A stretch of DNA of 64,000 bases. It comes from a virus. Taxonomy: Duplodnaviria > Caudoviricetes. Below the pieces are notes generated by a model that saw nothing but the letters and a program-made list of their open reading frames with translations, was not told the origin of the DNA and did no database searches. The first letter of the stretch is position 1. Every line of letters starts with the position of its first letter. Below, one piece after another: positions 45,670 through 55,313 of this stretch. The DNA lies in the IMG/VR virus record IMGVR_UViG_3300031992_000033, positions 1-64,000 of that record. One strand, given 5' to 3'. Made by a program: the position numbers and the translations under genes.

Positions 45670-45851
45670 TCTGTCTCCTTCTCTGCCTTACGACAATGCT
45701 CTATTACGTCATGTGCCCATGTTGTGTAATAAAATGGGCACTCGGTTTTTACACAGTCACCAAACTCGGTTATATCTTTTGCAAAGTTTTTCACATAGCC
45801 CTCAGTATATTCGGGCTTATGAATTACTCTTGTCTGATACGGACATTTCAT
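45666..45851 (-). CDS. Small Cys-containing protein
   Basis: MKCPY...FGDC....CPFY...C. Confidence 0.6.
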   Translation of the reverse strand: MKCPYQTRVIHKPEYTEGYVKNFAKDITEFGDCVKTECPFYYTTWAHDVIEHCRKAEKETE

Positions 45852-45857
45852 TCAGAT

Positions 45858-46238
45858 CTACCTCCTATCTCTTCTATTAAATTCACGTATTGTTTCTTTA
45901 CCAATCACCGCTTTGTTGCCACATTTAGGACACACTTTATATTTTACATTATATTCAACATCTGCAATCTCATCGTTGTCACCATAACCACAATCGCTAT
46001 ACACAACGACTCCATAGTTGATTTCTTTATTAATCTCTTCTTTCCAAGCGTTCCTAAGATAGTATTTATTACATTTACTACAAAAATAATACTTTTTATA
46101 TAATCTAGATCTATATTCATTACGTAATTCCAACAGTGCTGATTCCGCCCTATCAATTTCATCAAAAACTTTATCATTATCTACAGGAAAATTTTCAAAT
46201 AAAGGTTTAAATAGTTTCTTATATTCTTTTTTATTCAT
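45858..46238 (-). CDS. Zn-ribbon protein
   Basis: CSKC...CPKCG. Confidence 0.6.
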   Translation of the reverse strand: MNKKEYKKLFKPLFENFPVDNDKVFDEIDRAESALLELRNEYRSRLYKKYYFCSKCNKYYLRNAWKEEINKEINYGVVVYSDCGYGDNDEIADVEYNVKYKVCPKCGNKAVIGKETIREFNRRDRR

Positions 46239-46242
46239 AATA

Positions 46243-46593
46243 CTATATCTCCTCACTCTCTACCTTGTAGGGTTTAGGTGCGGGCATCCACGCTATAACC
46301 TCATAAGGACATATATTCCCGTCCCCATCATTCCACGTTTCTCCGTCATAGCCGACGGGATAGTGTAATATATTTTCAAATTCTTCCTGTGTTAAAATGT
46401 TTGTGTCCCAAACTGTAACCAAACACGCATAAGGTTCTTTGGGTAATTCTCCCGATGATACGGGTGTCCACTCTCTATTATTCTCTTCGAGTAAGGATAT
46501 AGCCATGTCGCAAAATTCTGGTAACTTGTCGAAGTCTATTGTATAGTTATTCTTTAAGGCGTTGGCAAAGTTAACATACTCTTCTCTCGTCAT
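46243..46593 (-). CDS. DUF551-like modular protein
   Basis: EWTPVS..LP...VIAWMPAPKPY. Confidence 0.7.
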   Translation of the reverse strand: MTREEYVNFANALKNNYTIDFDKLPEFCDMAISLLEENNREWTPVSSGELPKEPYACLVTVWDTNILTQEEFENILHYPVGYDGETWNDGDGNICPYEVIAWMPAPKPYKVESEEI

Positions 46594-47003
46594 TCGCTCA
46601 CCCCTCTCATATCCGATCCGCAGTTAGGGCAAAAGTTCTTATACTTCGAGAAGTTAAAGATTCCGCAGTTAGAACAAAGTTTTCTGCCACCTTTAAACTC
46701 TGCTTTCCACTCTCCCTTGTTCTCGGATAAAGCCGATATAGCCATATCAAGAGCATATTGAAATTCGATGTCCTCATTACTTCCGATAAGGTCAAATCCT
46801 TTTAATTTTTTGACTGCTTCTTCTTTGGTCATTCTCCGCTCCTTATCTAATACATTAATAAATACATAGCCTTTTTCAGACGTTACGTTCTCACTTCCTT
46901 TTTCAACCCACTCGATAACCTTGTTATGATATGGGTCAAATATCTGCACAATATTATCTTCGGGCATATCATTTAATGCTTCTTTAAGTTCCTTTACTGT
47001 CAT
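46590..47003 (-). CDS. Modular protein with C-terminal Zn ribbon (probable fusion of two cassettes)
   Basis: MTVKEL...; internal RBS+ATG at 46832; KGEW..CSNCG..FCPNCGSDMR. Confidence 0.65.
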   Translation of the reverse strand: MTVKELKEALNDMPEDNIVQIFDPYHNKVIEWVEKGSENVTSEKGYVFINVLDKERRMTKEEAVKKLKGFDLIGSNEDIEFQYALDMAISALSENKGEWKAEFKGGRKLCSNCGIFNFSKYKNFCPNCGSDMRGVSE

Positions 47004-47164
47004 TCATTCACCTCATATTCATCTACTGTTGTGTATATAAATACTCTTGTCGGCATGTGTGATGTGTCTACTTCAATTCTGGCGTCATATCCGTTATCTA
47101 CAAGTGCTCTGAATACATTCATTCTGTCCGAGTGATCCTTAATTTCAAACCTTACTATCTTCAT
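47000..47164 (-). CDS. Hypothetical protein
   Basis: ATGA overlap, start MKIVRFE. Confidence 0.5.
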   Translation of the reverse strand: MKIVRFEIKDHSDRMNVFRALVDNGYDARIEVDTSHMPTRVFIYTTVDEYEVNE

Positions 47165-47370
47165 TTCTTCATCGCCTCTCTCAAATCTCTTAACTCTTTC
47201 AGCCAATTTCCTAACTGCTCGGCTACTTCTGCTCTTTCTCTCCACTTGGTTTCCTCTGCCAGATAAACACCCTCGTCTGTGTGGTGAATTGCAGCCATAG
47301 AGTATGCGTGCTCCGCTTTGCTTTCATATATAGTTATTGTTTCATTAAGGTCTAGGATCATTTCATTCAC
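47161..47370 (-). CDS. Hypothetical phage protein
   Basis: C-terminal AE..EQL..WLKELR motif. Confidence 0.6.
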   Translation of the reverse strand: MNEMILDLNETITIYESKAEHAYSMAAIHHTDEGVYLAEETKWRERAEVAEQLGNWLKELRDLREAMKK

Positions 47371-47383
47371 CCCTTCTACTCGC

Positions 47384-47665
47384 TCATGTATTTCTCATAT
47401 CAGCCCCACAATTAGGACAGAAATTATATCCGTTATCATACGGAGTTCCCTCGATTAAGTTAAATTCTTCGCCACAATAAGAGCACTCATAGACATTCCA
47501 TTCCTCATGTTCAGGATAAATCTTAATCCAACGTGCGTGAATATTTGCTCTCACATCAGCAGTTGGTGCTTCATTAACAATTTGATGAAACAATTTTTGA
47601 ATATAAGGAGATATGAGTCCAAACTTATATCCACTTAATTCTGTTGCGTCTATATATCTACTCAT
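47384..47665 (-). CDS. Modular Zn-ribbon protein
   Basis: MSRYIDA...APTADV...W..CSYCG..FCPNCGADMR. Confidence 0.7.
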   Translation of the reverse strand: MSRYIDATELSGYKFGLISPYIQKLFHQIVNEAPTADVRANIHARWIKIYPEHEEWNVYECSYCGEEFNLIEGTPYDNGYNFCPNCGADMRNT

Positions 47666-47668
47666 TTT

Positions 47669-47959
47669 TTACTCCATAGATTTCTTAAAAGTCTCAAACG
47701 ATTCGGCTATTGACTTTTTAGTGTCCTTTGTCCCCTCCTCATAGCCTAACTTGTACGCATTCTGGATTGCGTCAGTATCGGTTAAGACATTAATAAGTTC
47801 GTTTAATTCTTCCATAGTAAGCATTATATTTGCAAGTATAAATTTTCCCTCGCAAAAAGTTCTATGCTCACGCAAATGTTTCAACGCACATTCTCGCATA
47901 TACATATGCCGATCAAACACAATCTTGCTCTCGTCTCTCATACCACTCCCATTTGCCAT
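47669..47959 (-). CDS. Hypothetical protein
   Basis: ORF in the array. Confidence 0.55.
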   Translation of the reverse strand: MANGSGMRDESKIVFDRHMYMRECALKHLREHRTFCEGKFILANIMLTMEELNELINVLTDTDAIQNAYKLGYEEGTKDTKKSIAESFETFKKSME

Positions 47960-48198
47960 TCACCTATTTCTCTTAATTCTGCTCTAGCATCTGCCAAATC
48001 CTCTTTAAGTCCTCTTAAAACATCTTCGGCATTTTCTAACTTGATCCGCAAAGTTTTATTCTCTGCTTCAAGTGCGGCTATGTCAACAGAAGGTAAATCG
48101 TCAACATCCTGTGGAAATATAACCACAACGTCTCCACACGATTGATACATCTTTTGTGCTAAATTAAGCACGTCCTCTTTCTTGATATATTCACTCAT
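47938..48198 (-). CDS. Modular protein (MSEYIKKE family, coiled-coil C-terminus)
   Basis: MSEYIKKEDV...LPSVD. Confidence 0.6.
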   Translation of the reverse strand: MSEYIKKEDVLNLAQKMYQSCGDVVVIFPQDVDDLPSVDIAALEAENKTLRIKLENAEDVLRGLKEDLADARAELREIGEWQMGVV

Positions 48199-48399
48199 TC
48201 ACTCGTCTCCCCTTTTATAAGATTCGGATTCAGCATCAAGTTCTAATGACTGATTGGCAAGTTTTTTACCAGCCACTCGATCTTTCTTATGGTACATTGC
48301 ATAGCGTTTTAAACGAAAGAGTGATCCTTTTTCTCCGCCTCTATCAAGAGCAGTGTGTGAACATTTCTTTTTCTTATTAAGACTGGTCATATTAAACAC
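48199..48399 (-). CDS. Small basic hypothetical protein
   Basis: ORF in the array. Confidence 0.45.
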   Translation of the reverse strand: MFNMTSLNKKKKCSHTALDRGGEKGSLFRLKRYAMYHKKDRVAGKKLANQSLELDAESESYKRGDE

Positions 48400-48652
48400 C
48401 CCTCATATCCGCACCACACGAACAACAAAAATTTTCTTTGCGTAACTCTGCTCTGCCGCATTCCGAGCAAATATATGGTGGGTCAATGAACTGATTTTCG
48501 GGTGCGTTTTTTATCCATTCCCCTTTCGGTCTTTCCTCAGTCGTTGGTATTCGGTCAATTTCTCTTTCGGCTATTTCATAAACTCGGCTTTTGTCCGTAG
48601 AGTAACAATCTCTCAATCGGCGTTTTAATACAAATTTTTCTGCTTTTGTCAT
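48392..48652 (-). CDS. Modular Zn-ribbon protein
   Basis: ERPKGEWI..CSECG..FCCSCGADMRG; ATGA overlap. Confidence 0.65.
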   Translation of the reverse strand: MTKAEKFVLKRRLRDCYSTDKSRVYEIAEREIDRIPTTEERPKGEWIKNAPENQFIDPPYICSECGRAELRKENFCCSCGADMRGV

Positions 48653-48945
48653 TCCACACCGCCTTTCTCTCCTTCGGGTAAATCCCAAAAATACGGCGTT
48701 TCGTGGGATAGTGAGCATATATACATCGGGTCTTTGCTCTTAAAAAGGCATTTATCACACTTTTTCCCGTCACAATATTCCTTTATTGCCCTTGCACAGT
48801 CCATAATGTCTGCGGAAGGCTTTTCATATACTATGTTATACGCACCCAATAAGCCATTAACTGAGTCGGGATTTCTCTGTACGCTTGGTTCTTTTGCCAA
48901 CTTAAGAATATCGTCTATTACTTCTTCTCTGCTGATTAAGTCCAT
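48649..48945 (-). CDS. Modular protein (MDLISR N-terminus, Cys-rich C-terminus)
   Basis: MDLISRE...PSAD..IKEYC...C..C.F. Confidence 0.6.
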   Translation of the reverse strand: MDLISREEVIDDILKLAKEPSVQRNPDSVNGLLGAYNIVYEKPSADIMDCARAIKEYCDGKKCDKCLFKSKDPMYICSLSHETPYFWDLPEGEKGGVE

Positions 48946-49155
48946 TTACTTACCACCTTTCCACCATTCATCAAAAGATTCCGCACAAGCCTTGCATAAA
49001 GTGCTGGGTTCATAACGACCACGATCAGTGTTCCATATTGTAAGTAAATTTCTGCTTTTAAATCTTTTTATTAGCAAATCAAATTTGGAATGGTGAAAAC
49101 TATCTGTTTCTTTCCCGCATCTGTCGCAGTAATACTTTTCGACAATTCTAACCAT
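48946..49155 (-). CDS. Zn-finger protein
   Basis: CDRCGKE...LCKAC..F..W. Confidence 0.65.
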   Translation of the reverse strand: MVRIVEKYYCDRCGKETDSFHHSKFDLLIKRFKSRNLLTIWNTDRGRYEPSTLCKACAESFDEWWKGGK

Positions 49156-49401
49156 TTACTTATCCTCCTCTGTTTTGTAAGGTGATATCTCATTTTCCTC
49201 TAATAGTTCAGGTAGTTTATCTAGTTCTACCTCTGTGATATCAAATTGACTATCAAAATAAATTGCTTGCTTTACGGCGCGAGCGCACCAGTCTTCTGCG
49301 GCTTCTTTTGAGAGGTTGCATCCGATTATTTCTGTGACCAGTGGGTCATTCTCGAAAGAAGTGTGTATTTCAAATATACGAGTTATTATGTATGCTTTCA
49401 T
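49156..49401 (-). CDS. Hypothetical protein
   Basis: AGGAG RBS. Confidence 0.6.
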   Translation of the reverse strand: MKAYIITRIFEIHTSFENDPLVTEIIGCNLSKEAAEDWCARAVKQAIYFDSQFDITEVELDKLPELLEENEISPYKTEEDK

Positions 49402-49422
49402 TAACGTTTCTCCTGTTTTATA

Positions 49423-49920
49423 TCAGATCAAAGAGTCTTTGATTTCTTTAATTCTATTTTCAAGCATTGTGATCTCTTCCAATTTCTCCTCACGACTTTT
49501 CATTTCTCGATATGCACGACAATTTTCGAGGGCTTCGGATATCCAAGAGTTGTCTGGACGATAAAATAATTCCATGGGGATTGATATGCTGCTAATTATA
49601 TGAGTAAAAACAAGATTGTCGTTGTAAACACATACATCGACAAAATCAATAGAATCTAGAAAATTTCTAATTGTTGTATGTGATACTTCTATTCCCAGAA
49701 ATTCACATATACTGGATTCATCATATTCAAATATATATTTAAATTTTTCGTTATACGAATCAATAATAGACTGAAGTAAATGCTCTGCCAAACTGATTAC
49801 ATGCTTCTTATATTCCATATTTTCAGCACGCAAATCGCTAATTGATTCTTCAAACTCGTCTATCTTATTATGTATTTCTTTTGATGATATAATAAATTTC
49901 TGGATCACATCGCTTTCCAT
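49423..49920 (-). CDS. Hypothetical coiled-coil protein
   Basis: GGAGG RBS and TAATG coupling at MESDVIQ. Confidence 0.55.
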   Translation of the reverse strand: MESDVIQKFIISSKEIHNKIDEFEESISDLRAENMEYKKHVISLAEHLLQSIIDSYNEKFKYIFEYDESSICEFLGIEVSHTTIRNFLDSIDFVDVCVYNDNLVFTHIISSISIPMELFYRPDNSWISEALENCRAYREMKSREEKLEEITMLENRIKEIKDSLI

Positions 49921-50081
49921 TAAAAGAATCCTCCCCACTTAAGAAGTGCTACCTGAATAATAATTGAAACAGTAGTAGCAATCCAATTTGTTTTCTGAGG
50001 TTTGCCATCATTGTAAAGTGCTGATACAAAACCTATTGTAAGTAAAACAATCATAATTACCTGAGGTGCGCCATAATTCAT
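49920..50081 (-). CDS. Small two-TM protein (53 aa, not in ORF track)
   Basis: MNYGAPQVIMIV...LLKWGGFF*; AAGGAGG RBS. Confidence 0.55.
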   Translation of the reverse strand: MNYGAPQVIMIVLLTIGFVSALYNDGKPQKTNWIATTVSIIIQVALLKWGGFF

Positions 50082-50165
50082 ATATTAATCCTCCTTATTC
50101 CAGTGTCGCCATAAACCACATACCAATCAAAAATCCTATCATAATTCCCGCTATAAATACTATGA

Positions 50166-50456
50166 TCATGTCCATTTCTTTAACCTCTCAATTATTTCAT
50201 CCGCAGTTAAACAGCCAGCCACTACATCCGATTCTCTTTCTTTGTCGGTCATAATATTTCCAGCAATTTCTAACAGTCCACGTTCGTATCCATAACTGCC
50301 GTATTGACAGATCGCGTCCCAAAGACACTCCCCGTTCGAATTAAACACAGCAACAGAGTGTCTTCCATAAGGGTGATACTCGTCATATGTGTGTACGATA
50401 TAGTTATTGTCCTGTAAATACTTAGTTAACTTTTTGAGTTCGTCAAGATTTTCCAC
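50166..50456 (-). CDS. Hypothetical phage protein
   Basis: WDAIC..GSYGYERGLLEI.G motif. Confidence 0.65.
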   Translation of the reverse strand: MENLDELKKLTKYLQDNNYIVHTYDEYHPYGRHSVAVFNSNGECLWDAICQYGSYGYERGLLEIAGNIMTDKERESDVVAGCLTADEIIERLKKWT

Positions 50457-50471
50457 GCACTATTCCTCCTT

Positions 50472-50885
50472 TTAAAAGTATATTGGTCTAGGCTGATCGC
50501 ACTCTTCGTATCTAGCATATCCTACTAAACCTTTTGTTGAACTCAGAGTGTTAACCCATTCAATAAAATGATCAATTTCATTGTCGTAGTTTTTAATATT
50601 GAAGCGAACAGAAAGTTGATATGCATTAGAAGGTTCATCACTATATTCACTGTCGATAAAATATAGATGTTCTAGCGTACTATGTGGTTCAAAATCAAAA
50701 TAAGCAGATCCGCCCCTGAGCATTCCCGCCCACCTAGTAGTACGGAATAAAGCGAACTCCTTCTGTTTAGAATTCAACATTTCGTAATCAGCAATGCCGT
50801 GACACATCGCGTCCAGAACGGCAATATCATCTTTATCAGCCTTATCAATAATACAACTTAGATAGCACATTGTGTACATTCCCAT
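50472..50885 (-). CDS. Hypothetical phage protein
   Basis: MGMYT...RW...GSAYF...IKNYDNEI..F..W...GY.RYEE. Confidence 0.65.
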   Translation of the reverse strand: MGMYTMCYLSCIIDKADKDDIAVLDAMCHGIADYEMLNSKQKEFALFRTTRWAGMLRGGSAYFDFEPHSTLEHLYFIDSEYSDEPSNAYQLSVRFNIKNYDNEIDHFIEWVNTLSSTKGLVGYARYEECDQPRPIYF

Positions 50886-50920
50886 AAACTATTCCTCCCT
50901 TTGCAATTAACATACACTAT

Positions 50921-51115
50921 TTAATCAAATTTGTCAATACCCTTGTCTGCACCTTTATATTCCTCATTCCACCAAGTTTCACAGTGGCAACCACCATCCA
51001 ACTCCTCATAATAAGGACATTGTGATCCATCATGATCTTCAGGACAATTTAAAATGCCGAACTCTGTGTCTGGTTTGAATCCAAATATGCTTTCAAATTT
51101 TTCCAAATTAGTCAT
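50921..51115 (-). CDS. Small hypothetical protein
   Basis: MTNLEKF..IFG...C....WWNEEYK. Confidence 0.55.
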   Translation of the reverse strand: MTNLEKFESIFGFKPDTEFGILNCPEDHDGSQCPYYEELDGGCHCETWWNEEYKGADKGIDKFD

Positions 51116-51116
51116 A

Positions 51117-51809
51117 TCATTGTCCTCTAAATGATGTTTTTGTATCAAATCCATGCATAATTATCTTATCATCATTGGTCGCACCCAGTGGTTCTGTTCG
51201 CTCTGCCTCGGTCTTAAGCAACGAGAAGTGTTCCTCGATAGCAACAAAAATCTCCAAGGGATCGATTATACTGGATATGCCGCAAGCCTTAAGAAGTGGA
51301 GGCTGATACTCCTTGACATACTTCTTTGTGGTATAGTCCCACGTTCTGCAATATTCATCACATATTCTGGCACAACCATAATCATTAACTCGGATTGTCT
51401 CCTTGATCTTGTCCATGTGCTTAACAGCAATCTCTTCGATAACTCCATGTGTATATATGCTGTCATATATCTTCCACACAGGAACTGTGATAGCATAAAG
51501 GGAGATTAACTCTCTCTCCTTAGAATAATCTGACCACTTACTTAAAACCTTGAGGTCATAGTTCTTGGGTATCTCATGTGTCGCCCAACGCCCCTTTTCC
51601 TTTTCGGTGATCGTGGCTAAAATAAGCCAGTATGTTGCGCCGCAATGTAACAAGAGTAGATACTTGTCAGTTCTGTCGTTATAAAGTGACAGCGCATGAC
51701 ACACATCTTCCTTGGTTAATACATGCGAACCTCTGCGATCAAACACTATAGGATCTGTATAGTTCTGTAAATAATCGTAGTAGTCGTACTGGCTATCAAT
51801 TATTCTCAT
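51117..51809 (-). CDS. Hypothetical phage protein
   Basis: MRIID..YDYYDY...NDDKII.HGFD.KTSFR. Confidence 0.7.
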   Translation of the reverse strand: MRIIDSQYDYYDYLQNYTDPIVFDRRGSHVLTKEDVCHALSLYNDRTDKYLLLLHCGATYWLILATITEKEKGRWATHEIPKNYDLKVLSKWSDYSKERELISLYAITVPVWKIYDSIYTHGVIEEIAVKHMDKIKETIRVNDYGCARICDEYCRTWDYTTKKYVKEYQPPLLKACGISSIIDPLEIFVAIEEHFSLLKTEAERTEPLGATNDDKIIMHGFDTKTSFRGQ

Positions 51810-51947
51810 GATGCTTATCTGCCTCCACTGCTTATCTCTTTAAAATCTCTCGTGCAATTTCAATAACAATTTTCTTAAACCACTCGAACTGCATAAAGAA
51901 TTTGTAGGTAATCTTGTGAGTAACAATGAATTTAACTACTTTGAATT

Positions 51948-52214
51948 TTACCCTAAATGCCATATATTTGTCAACCTCCATTTTAAATATTTAAACGGAT
52001 GCCCTTTGAATATTACTTTCCTTACAAACTTATTATTAAGTTTACAATTAGATAGAACGGCGTGGAATGTTACACTATTAGTAAGAAATCTCTTTGTGTC
52101 GCCAACAGAAGACTCAGGCTCTTTAATTTCTGTAATGTTGCCCAGAGAATGAACTTCTCCTGTTTCACTATTTATAAAAGTTAGAACAAGTGGTTCTGTT
52201 GGTTTAAAATTCAT
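51948..52214 (-). CDS. Hypothetical protein
   Basis: GGGAG RBS. Confidence 0.5.
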   Translation of the reverse strand: MNFKPTEPLVLTFINSETGEVHSLGNITEIKEPESSVGDTKRFLTNSVTFHAVLSNCKLNNKFVRKVIFKGHPFKYLKWRLTNIWHLG

Positions 52215-52235
52215 CGTTGTTTCTCCCTTCTGTTA

Positions 52236-52472
52236 TTATTCCCAACTCACAATAAGTCCCACGCAGTCGCTGGTTACTATATATCCCTTTTTTCTACAAG
52301 CCTTGGTGATCATCTTTGACATTGCCTCACCATAATTCCCGTAGATTCTTATCGCACTATCTCCTTCTTTGCTCGCGCTTTCTATCCTATCAGAAATTCT
52401 TGCTAGTACATCATCAATTTGATTATTACAGTAAGTCATTACGTTTTTTCTTGCCTCCGCTGCCGTTATCAT
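52236..52472 (-). CDS. Hypothetical protein (MITAAEAR family)
   Basis: GAGGAGG RBS; C-terminal GY.V.....VSW. Confidence 0.6.
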   Translation of the reverse strand: MITAAEARKNVMTYCNNQIDDVLARISDRIESASKEGDSAIRIYGNYGEAMSKMITKACRKKGYIVTSDCVGLIVSWE

Positions 52473-52473
52473 A

Positions 52474-52731
52474 TCAGTCCTCCTCTATAAATAAAACTGT
52501 TATCTCTTTTCTATTACTGCTTGACGGATTTGCAACAAGTGTTCTTCCCGATATCTTCTGTGCGTAATCCCTTACAGCATCTTCAAAGGTTCTTCCATTG
52601 CCAAACTCGCCTATTAAAAAACCGCCATCCTTTATGTATGCGAAGTTTTCAAAACATACTCCTATCTTATTATCTGGCAGTTCCCAAACTTCCAAGCGAT
52701 CAATCTTTAGCATATCTTTTAAAAGTTTCAT
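52474..52731 (-). CDS. Hypothetical protein
   Basis: GGAGG RBS. Confidence 0.6.
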   Translation of the reverse strand: MKLLKDMLKIDRLEVWELPDNKIGVCFENFAYIKDGGFLIGEFGNGRTFEDAVRDYAQKISGRTLVANPSSSNRKEITVLFIEED

Positions 52732-53104
52732 TTCGCCAATCCTCCACTAATTCTACCTGAGCATCGTTAACTGCTATCCAGTCATCTGGATCTCCGTCGA
52801 TGGGTTCAATTGACATTACGTAATGTTTAGATCCGTCATCGAATACAAGATAAGGTTCTGGGGAACACAGGATAACTTTATACAACTCGCCTCCGCACCT
52901 AACAGTGTGTCCCACCCAAGGATTGAACATTCCAGAAGTCAGTTCATCCAACTTCATTACCGCTATTATGCTCACAACTTCGTCATGTAATTCAGAAGCC
53001 ATTGATAGTATTTCCCATTTACTGTCAATGTAACGTTGGATTTCTTCTTCCACTTCTTTAAAATTGTCTAGTAGTGAAAAAGTTTTAGTATATATCTTTA
53101 TCAT
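52700..53104 (-). CDS. Hypothetical protein
   Basis: ATGA overlap with the upstream gene. Confidence 0.5.
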   Translation of the reverse strand: MIKIYTKTFSLLDNFKEVEEEIQRYIDSKWEILSMASELHDEVVSIIAVMKLDELTSGMFNPWVGHTVRCGGELYKVILCSPEPYLVFDDGSKHYVMSIEPIDGDPDDWIAVNDAQVELVEDWRNETFKRYAKD

Positions 53105-53292
53105 CTTTTCCATATTTCCTTTCCGCAACAAGGACATACGCATATATAAGTTCCTTCACCCCTTTGCATAGCCATTGAGGGTGCGTATCTCCACTCAGTA
53201 TGATCAGCCACAAATACACAGCCGCACTTGTCGCATTCAAATTCTACGCCACCATTAGCCTTGTTCGGATCGCCTAGTTTAATTATCTTCAT
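53101..53292 (-). CDS. Zn-ribbon protein
   Basis: MKIIK.G...F.C.KCGCVF.A...CPCCG. Confidence 0.65.
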   Translation of the reverse strand: MKIIKLGDPNKANGGVEFECDKCGCVFVADHTEWRYAPSMAMQRGEGTYICVCPCCGKEIWKR

Positions 53293-53305
53293 TATGATAC
53301 CTCCC

Positions 53306-53605
53306 TTAGCAACGCAGTCCGTTGCTGTCGTATTTATCTACCTCGTATTCACTAAATTGTATTTCGTTTTTATGTTTGTCGTAAAATATTTCAGGATCAA
53401 CAGGAATAACTTTTGCATGAGGATTTAAGTCGTACATTATTCCAGTCGATAATTTGGTTGCAAAGTCTCCCCAATGATCGGGGCTACAGATTTTGTGGGT
53501 TTTTATGTATAGTTCATTGTTGTATTCAAAATACTCGCCCACTTTAATATCTTCAAAACGCTGGGATTCGTATTCGATTTTTAATACACGTTCAGAAATC
53601 CTCAT
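53306..53605 (-). CDS. Hypothetical protein
   Basis: F.DI..GE.F......YIK motif. Confidence 0.55.
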   Translation of the reverse strand: MRISERVLKIEYESQRFEDIKVGEYFEYNNELYIKTHKICSPDHWGDFATKLSTGIMYDLNPHAKVIPVDPEIFYDKHKNEIQFSEYEVDKYDSNGLRC

Positions 53606-53608
53606 ATA

Positions 53609-53884
53609 TTATTCACTCCTTCCGTTTATTACACACTCAATGTCGGTTAGTGCCAGTATGCAATATCCCTCGGCTACTCCGTATTCACCATTGCCGTGAT
53701 GGATATAATCGATCTTGGCTTCAATATAGTTTCCTGTGTAACGACTCTGGTATGGATTCCATTCTTTGAGAATCAACTTATCTCCGACGTGGAAGTCTCT
53801 ATCATCCTTCCTTATCTCAAAGTTCTTGCCCTCAAACATGATATCCATAAAATAATCATGAAGTATTTTAAGTTCGTGCGTCAT
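53609..53884 (-). CDS. DUF3850 / ASCH (PUA-like) domain protein
   Basis: HELKI..YF..I..G.K.FEIRKDDRDFHVGDKLILKEW..YTG. Confidence 0.85.
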   Translation of the reverse strand: MTHELKILHDYFMDIMFEGKNFEIRKDDRDFHVGDKLILKEWNPYQSRYTGNYIEAKIDYIHHGNGEYGVAEGYCILALTDIECVINGRSE

Positions 53885-54185
53885 TCCTCTTCTCCTTTGT
53901 TTGCCTCATGTCCGCTCCACAATTAGGGCAAAAGTTGTAAAACACAGGCGTATAATCGTCGTTTAACTTCTGTTTAATTTCTTCATCGCAGTTTGAACAA
54001 ATAGCCCACAGTTCATCAATGTCGGTATGTGAGACGAACCATTCTCCTTTATCCTCTACGGGTGGAATAGAATCGATGCACTTTGTTAATTCTTCCCAGT
54101 CCTTAGCCGATAACCAAAAACAAGTATTTGCTATTGCATTTATAACTGCCTGTCTACAGATTAAATCCCCTCTATTCTCTTCCAT
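53868..54185 (-). CDS. Modular Zn-ribbon protein
   Basis: DLICRQAV...PPVEDKGEW..CSNC..FCPNCGADMR. Confidence 0.7.
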   Translation of the reverse strand: MEENRGDLICRQAVINAIANTCFWLSAKDWEELTKCIDSIPPVEDKGEWFVSHTDIDELWAICSNCDEEIKQKLNDDYTPVFYNFCPNCGADMRQTKEKRNDART

Positions 54186-54315
54186 TGTTACTCCTTATCT
54201 TTATTTGCCTTACACTCTGGGTCATTTAAGAACAGTATTTCTTTGCCGCATTCTTTTTCATGATTGTATATGCACTCTGTGTGATTGCAAGTAATGATTA
54301 GGTTTACATCTTGGC

Positions 54316-54630
54316 TCATTCGTTTACCTCACTTCCTTCATAGGGTTTAGGCAAAGGCATCCATGCCGTAACTGTGTTATCTTCTGTGTAATGTTCCAAT
54401 CTAAGAAATTTTCCTTCGACAAATGCAGCCTGATGCGTTCTCATAATCCCCGCATATTTATGAGTTACAAGTACATGGCATAAACCATGTCCTTTTGTCT
54501 TTGTTTCTTCGGGTAGTTTCCCCGACGAGATGGGTATCCAGTCTTCCTTAAGTACTTTAAAGGCTTCTTCGGTTTCATCGCAATGCTGGCAACGATCATA
54601 TATAATTTGCAATGCTTCTTCTTTAGTCAT
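54316..54630 (-). CDS. DUF551-like modular protein
   Basis: MTKEEAL...WIPISS..LP...VTAWMPLPKPY. Confidence 0.7.
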   Translation of the reverse strand: MTKEEALQIIYDRCQHCDETEEAFKVLKEDWIPISSGKLPEETKTKGHGLCHVLVTHKYAGIMRTHQAAFVEGKFLRLEHYTEDNTVTAWMPLPKPYEGSEVNE

Positions 54631-54830
54631 TTCTTATCCTCTCCGCATGTGTCATATATAATGATGAACGCTTGGTCTGACCATCCGTGTCCGCCATTAG
54701 GGACTTTTGTTTCTATGACATTTAAGACCTTATATCCCCACTTTTTCTGTACTACTTCCAACATCTTTTCAAGTTCTTCTGAAACGGGTCTTTCGAGGAA
54801 TATCTGCCTTACTGTTTCTGATCCGATCAT
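54627..54830 (-). CDS. Hypothetical protein
   Basis: GGAGG RBS, ATGA overlap. Confidence 0.55.
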   Translation of the reverse strand: MIGSETVRQIFLERPVSEELEKMLEVVQKKWGYKVLNVIETKVPNGGHGWSDQAFIIIYDTCGEDKK

Positions 54831-54843
54831 TTACTTACCCTCC

Positions 54844-55116
54844 TTATTCAGAATCCATTTCCTTCAAGATCTTGCTCTTAAGATGCTCCATGTTTCTTTT
54901 CTTCTTCTGCAACTCAGCAATTTCCTTGTCTATGCTATTAGTGGACAGAAGTTTTATCAGATATTTCTTCCAACTTCTTTTTGGACAGTGATATATTTCA
55001 CACGCTCCCTCGTTATCAAAACCCAACAGATGTTGAGTTGCATAATGGGGACTAATATCTTCTACTGTATATTTACCTGATTCGTACAAAGACACACGCA
55101 CCATTTCACGACTCAT
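54844..55116 (-). CDS. Hypothetical protein
   Basis: GGAGG RBS. Confidence 0.55.
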   Translation of the reverse strand: MSREMVRVSLYESGKYTVEDISPHYATQHLLGFDNEGACEIYHCPKRSWKKYLIKLLSTNSIDKEIAELQKKKRNMEHLKSKILKEMDSE

Positions 55117-55293
55117 TTACTCTGCCTCCTTAACACTAGATGTATAAGTCCGTTCGAGATATGCGTTTATATAGAAGACCACATCCTTAAGCCATCCTCT
55201 GTCGGGACATTCTCTGATTACGGCATCGGCTACAGTAAAGGGCGTTGCTCCGTTTCCTAGTATCAGTTTGTTTTCTACAATAATATTTTCCAT
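55117..55293 (-). CDS. Hypothetical protein
   Basis: AAAGTGAGG RBS before MENIIVE. Confidence 0.5.
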   Translation of the reverse strand: MENIIVENKLILGNGATPFTVADAVIRECPDRGWLKDVVFYINAYLERTYTSSVKEAE

Positions 55294-55313
55294 TTCATTC
55301 CTCACTTTCTGCC

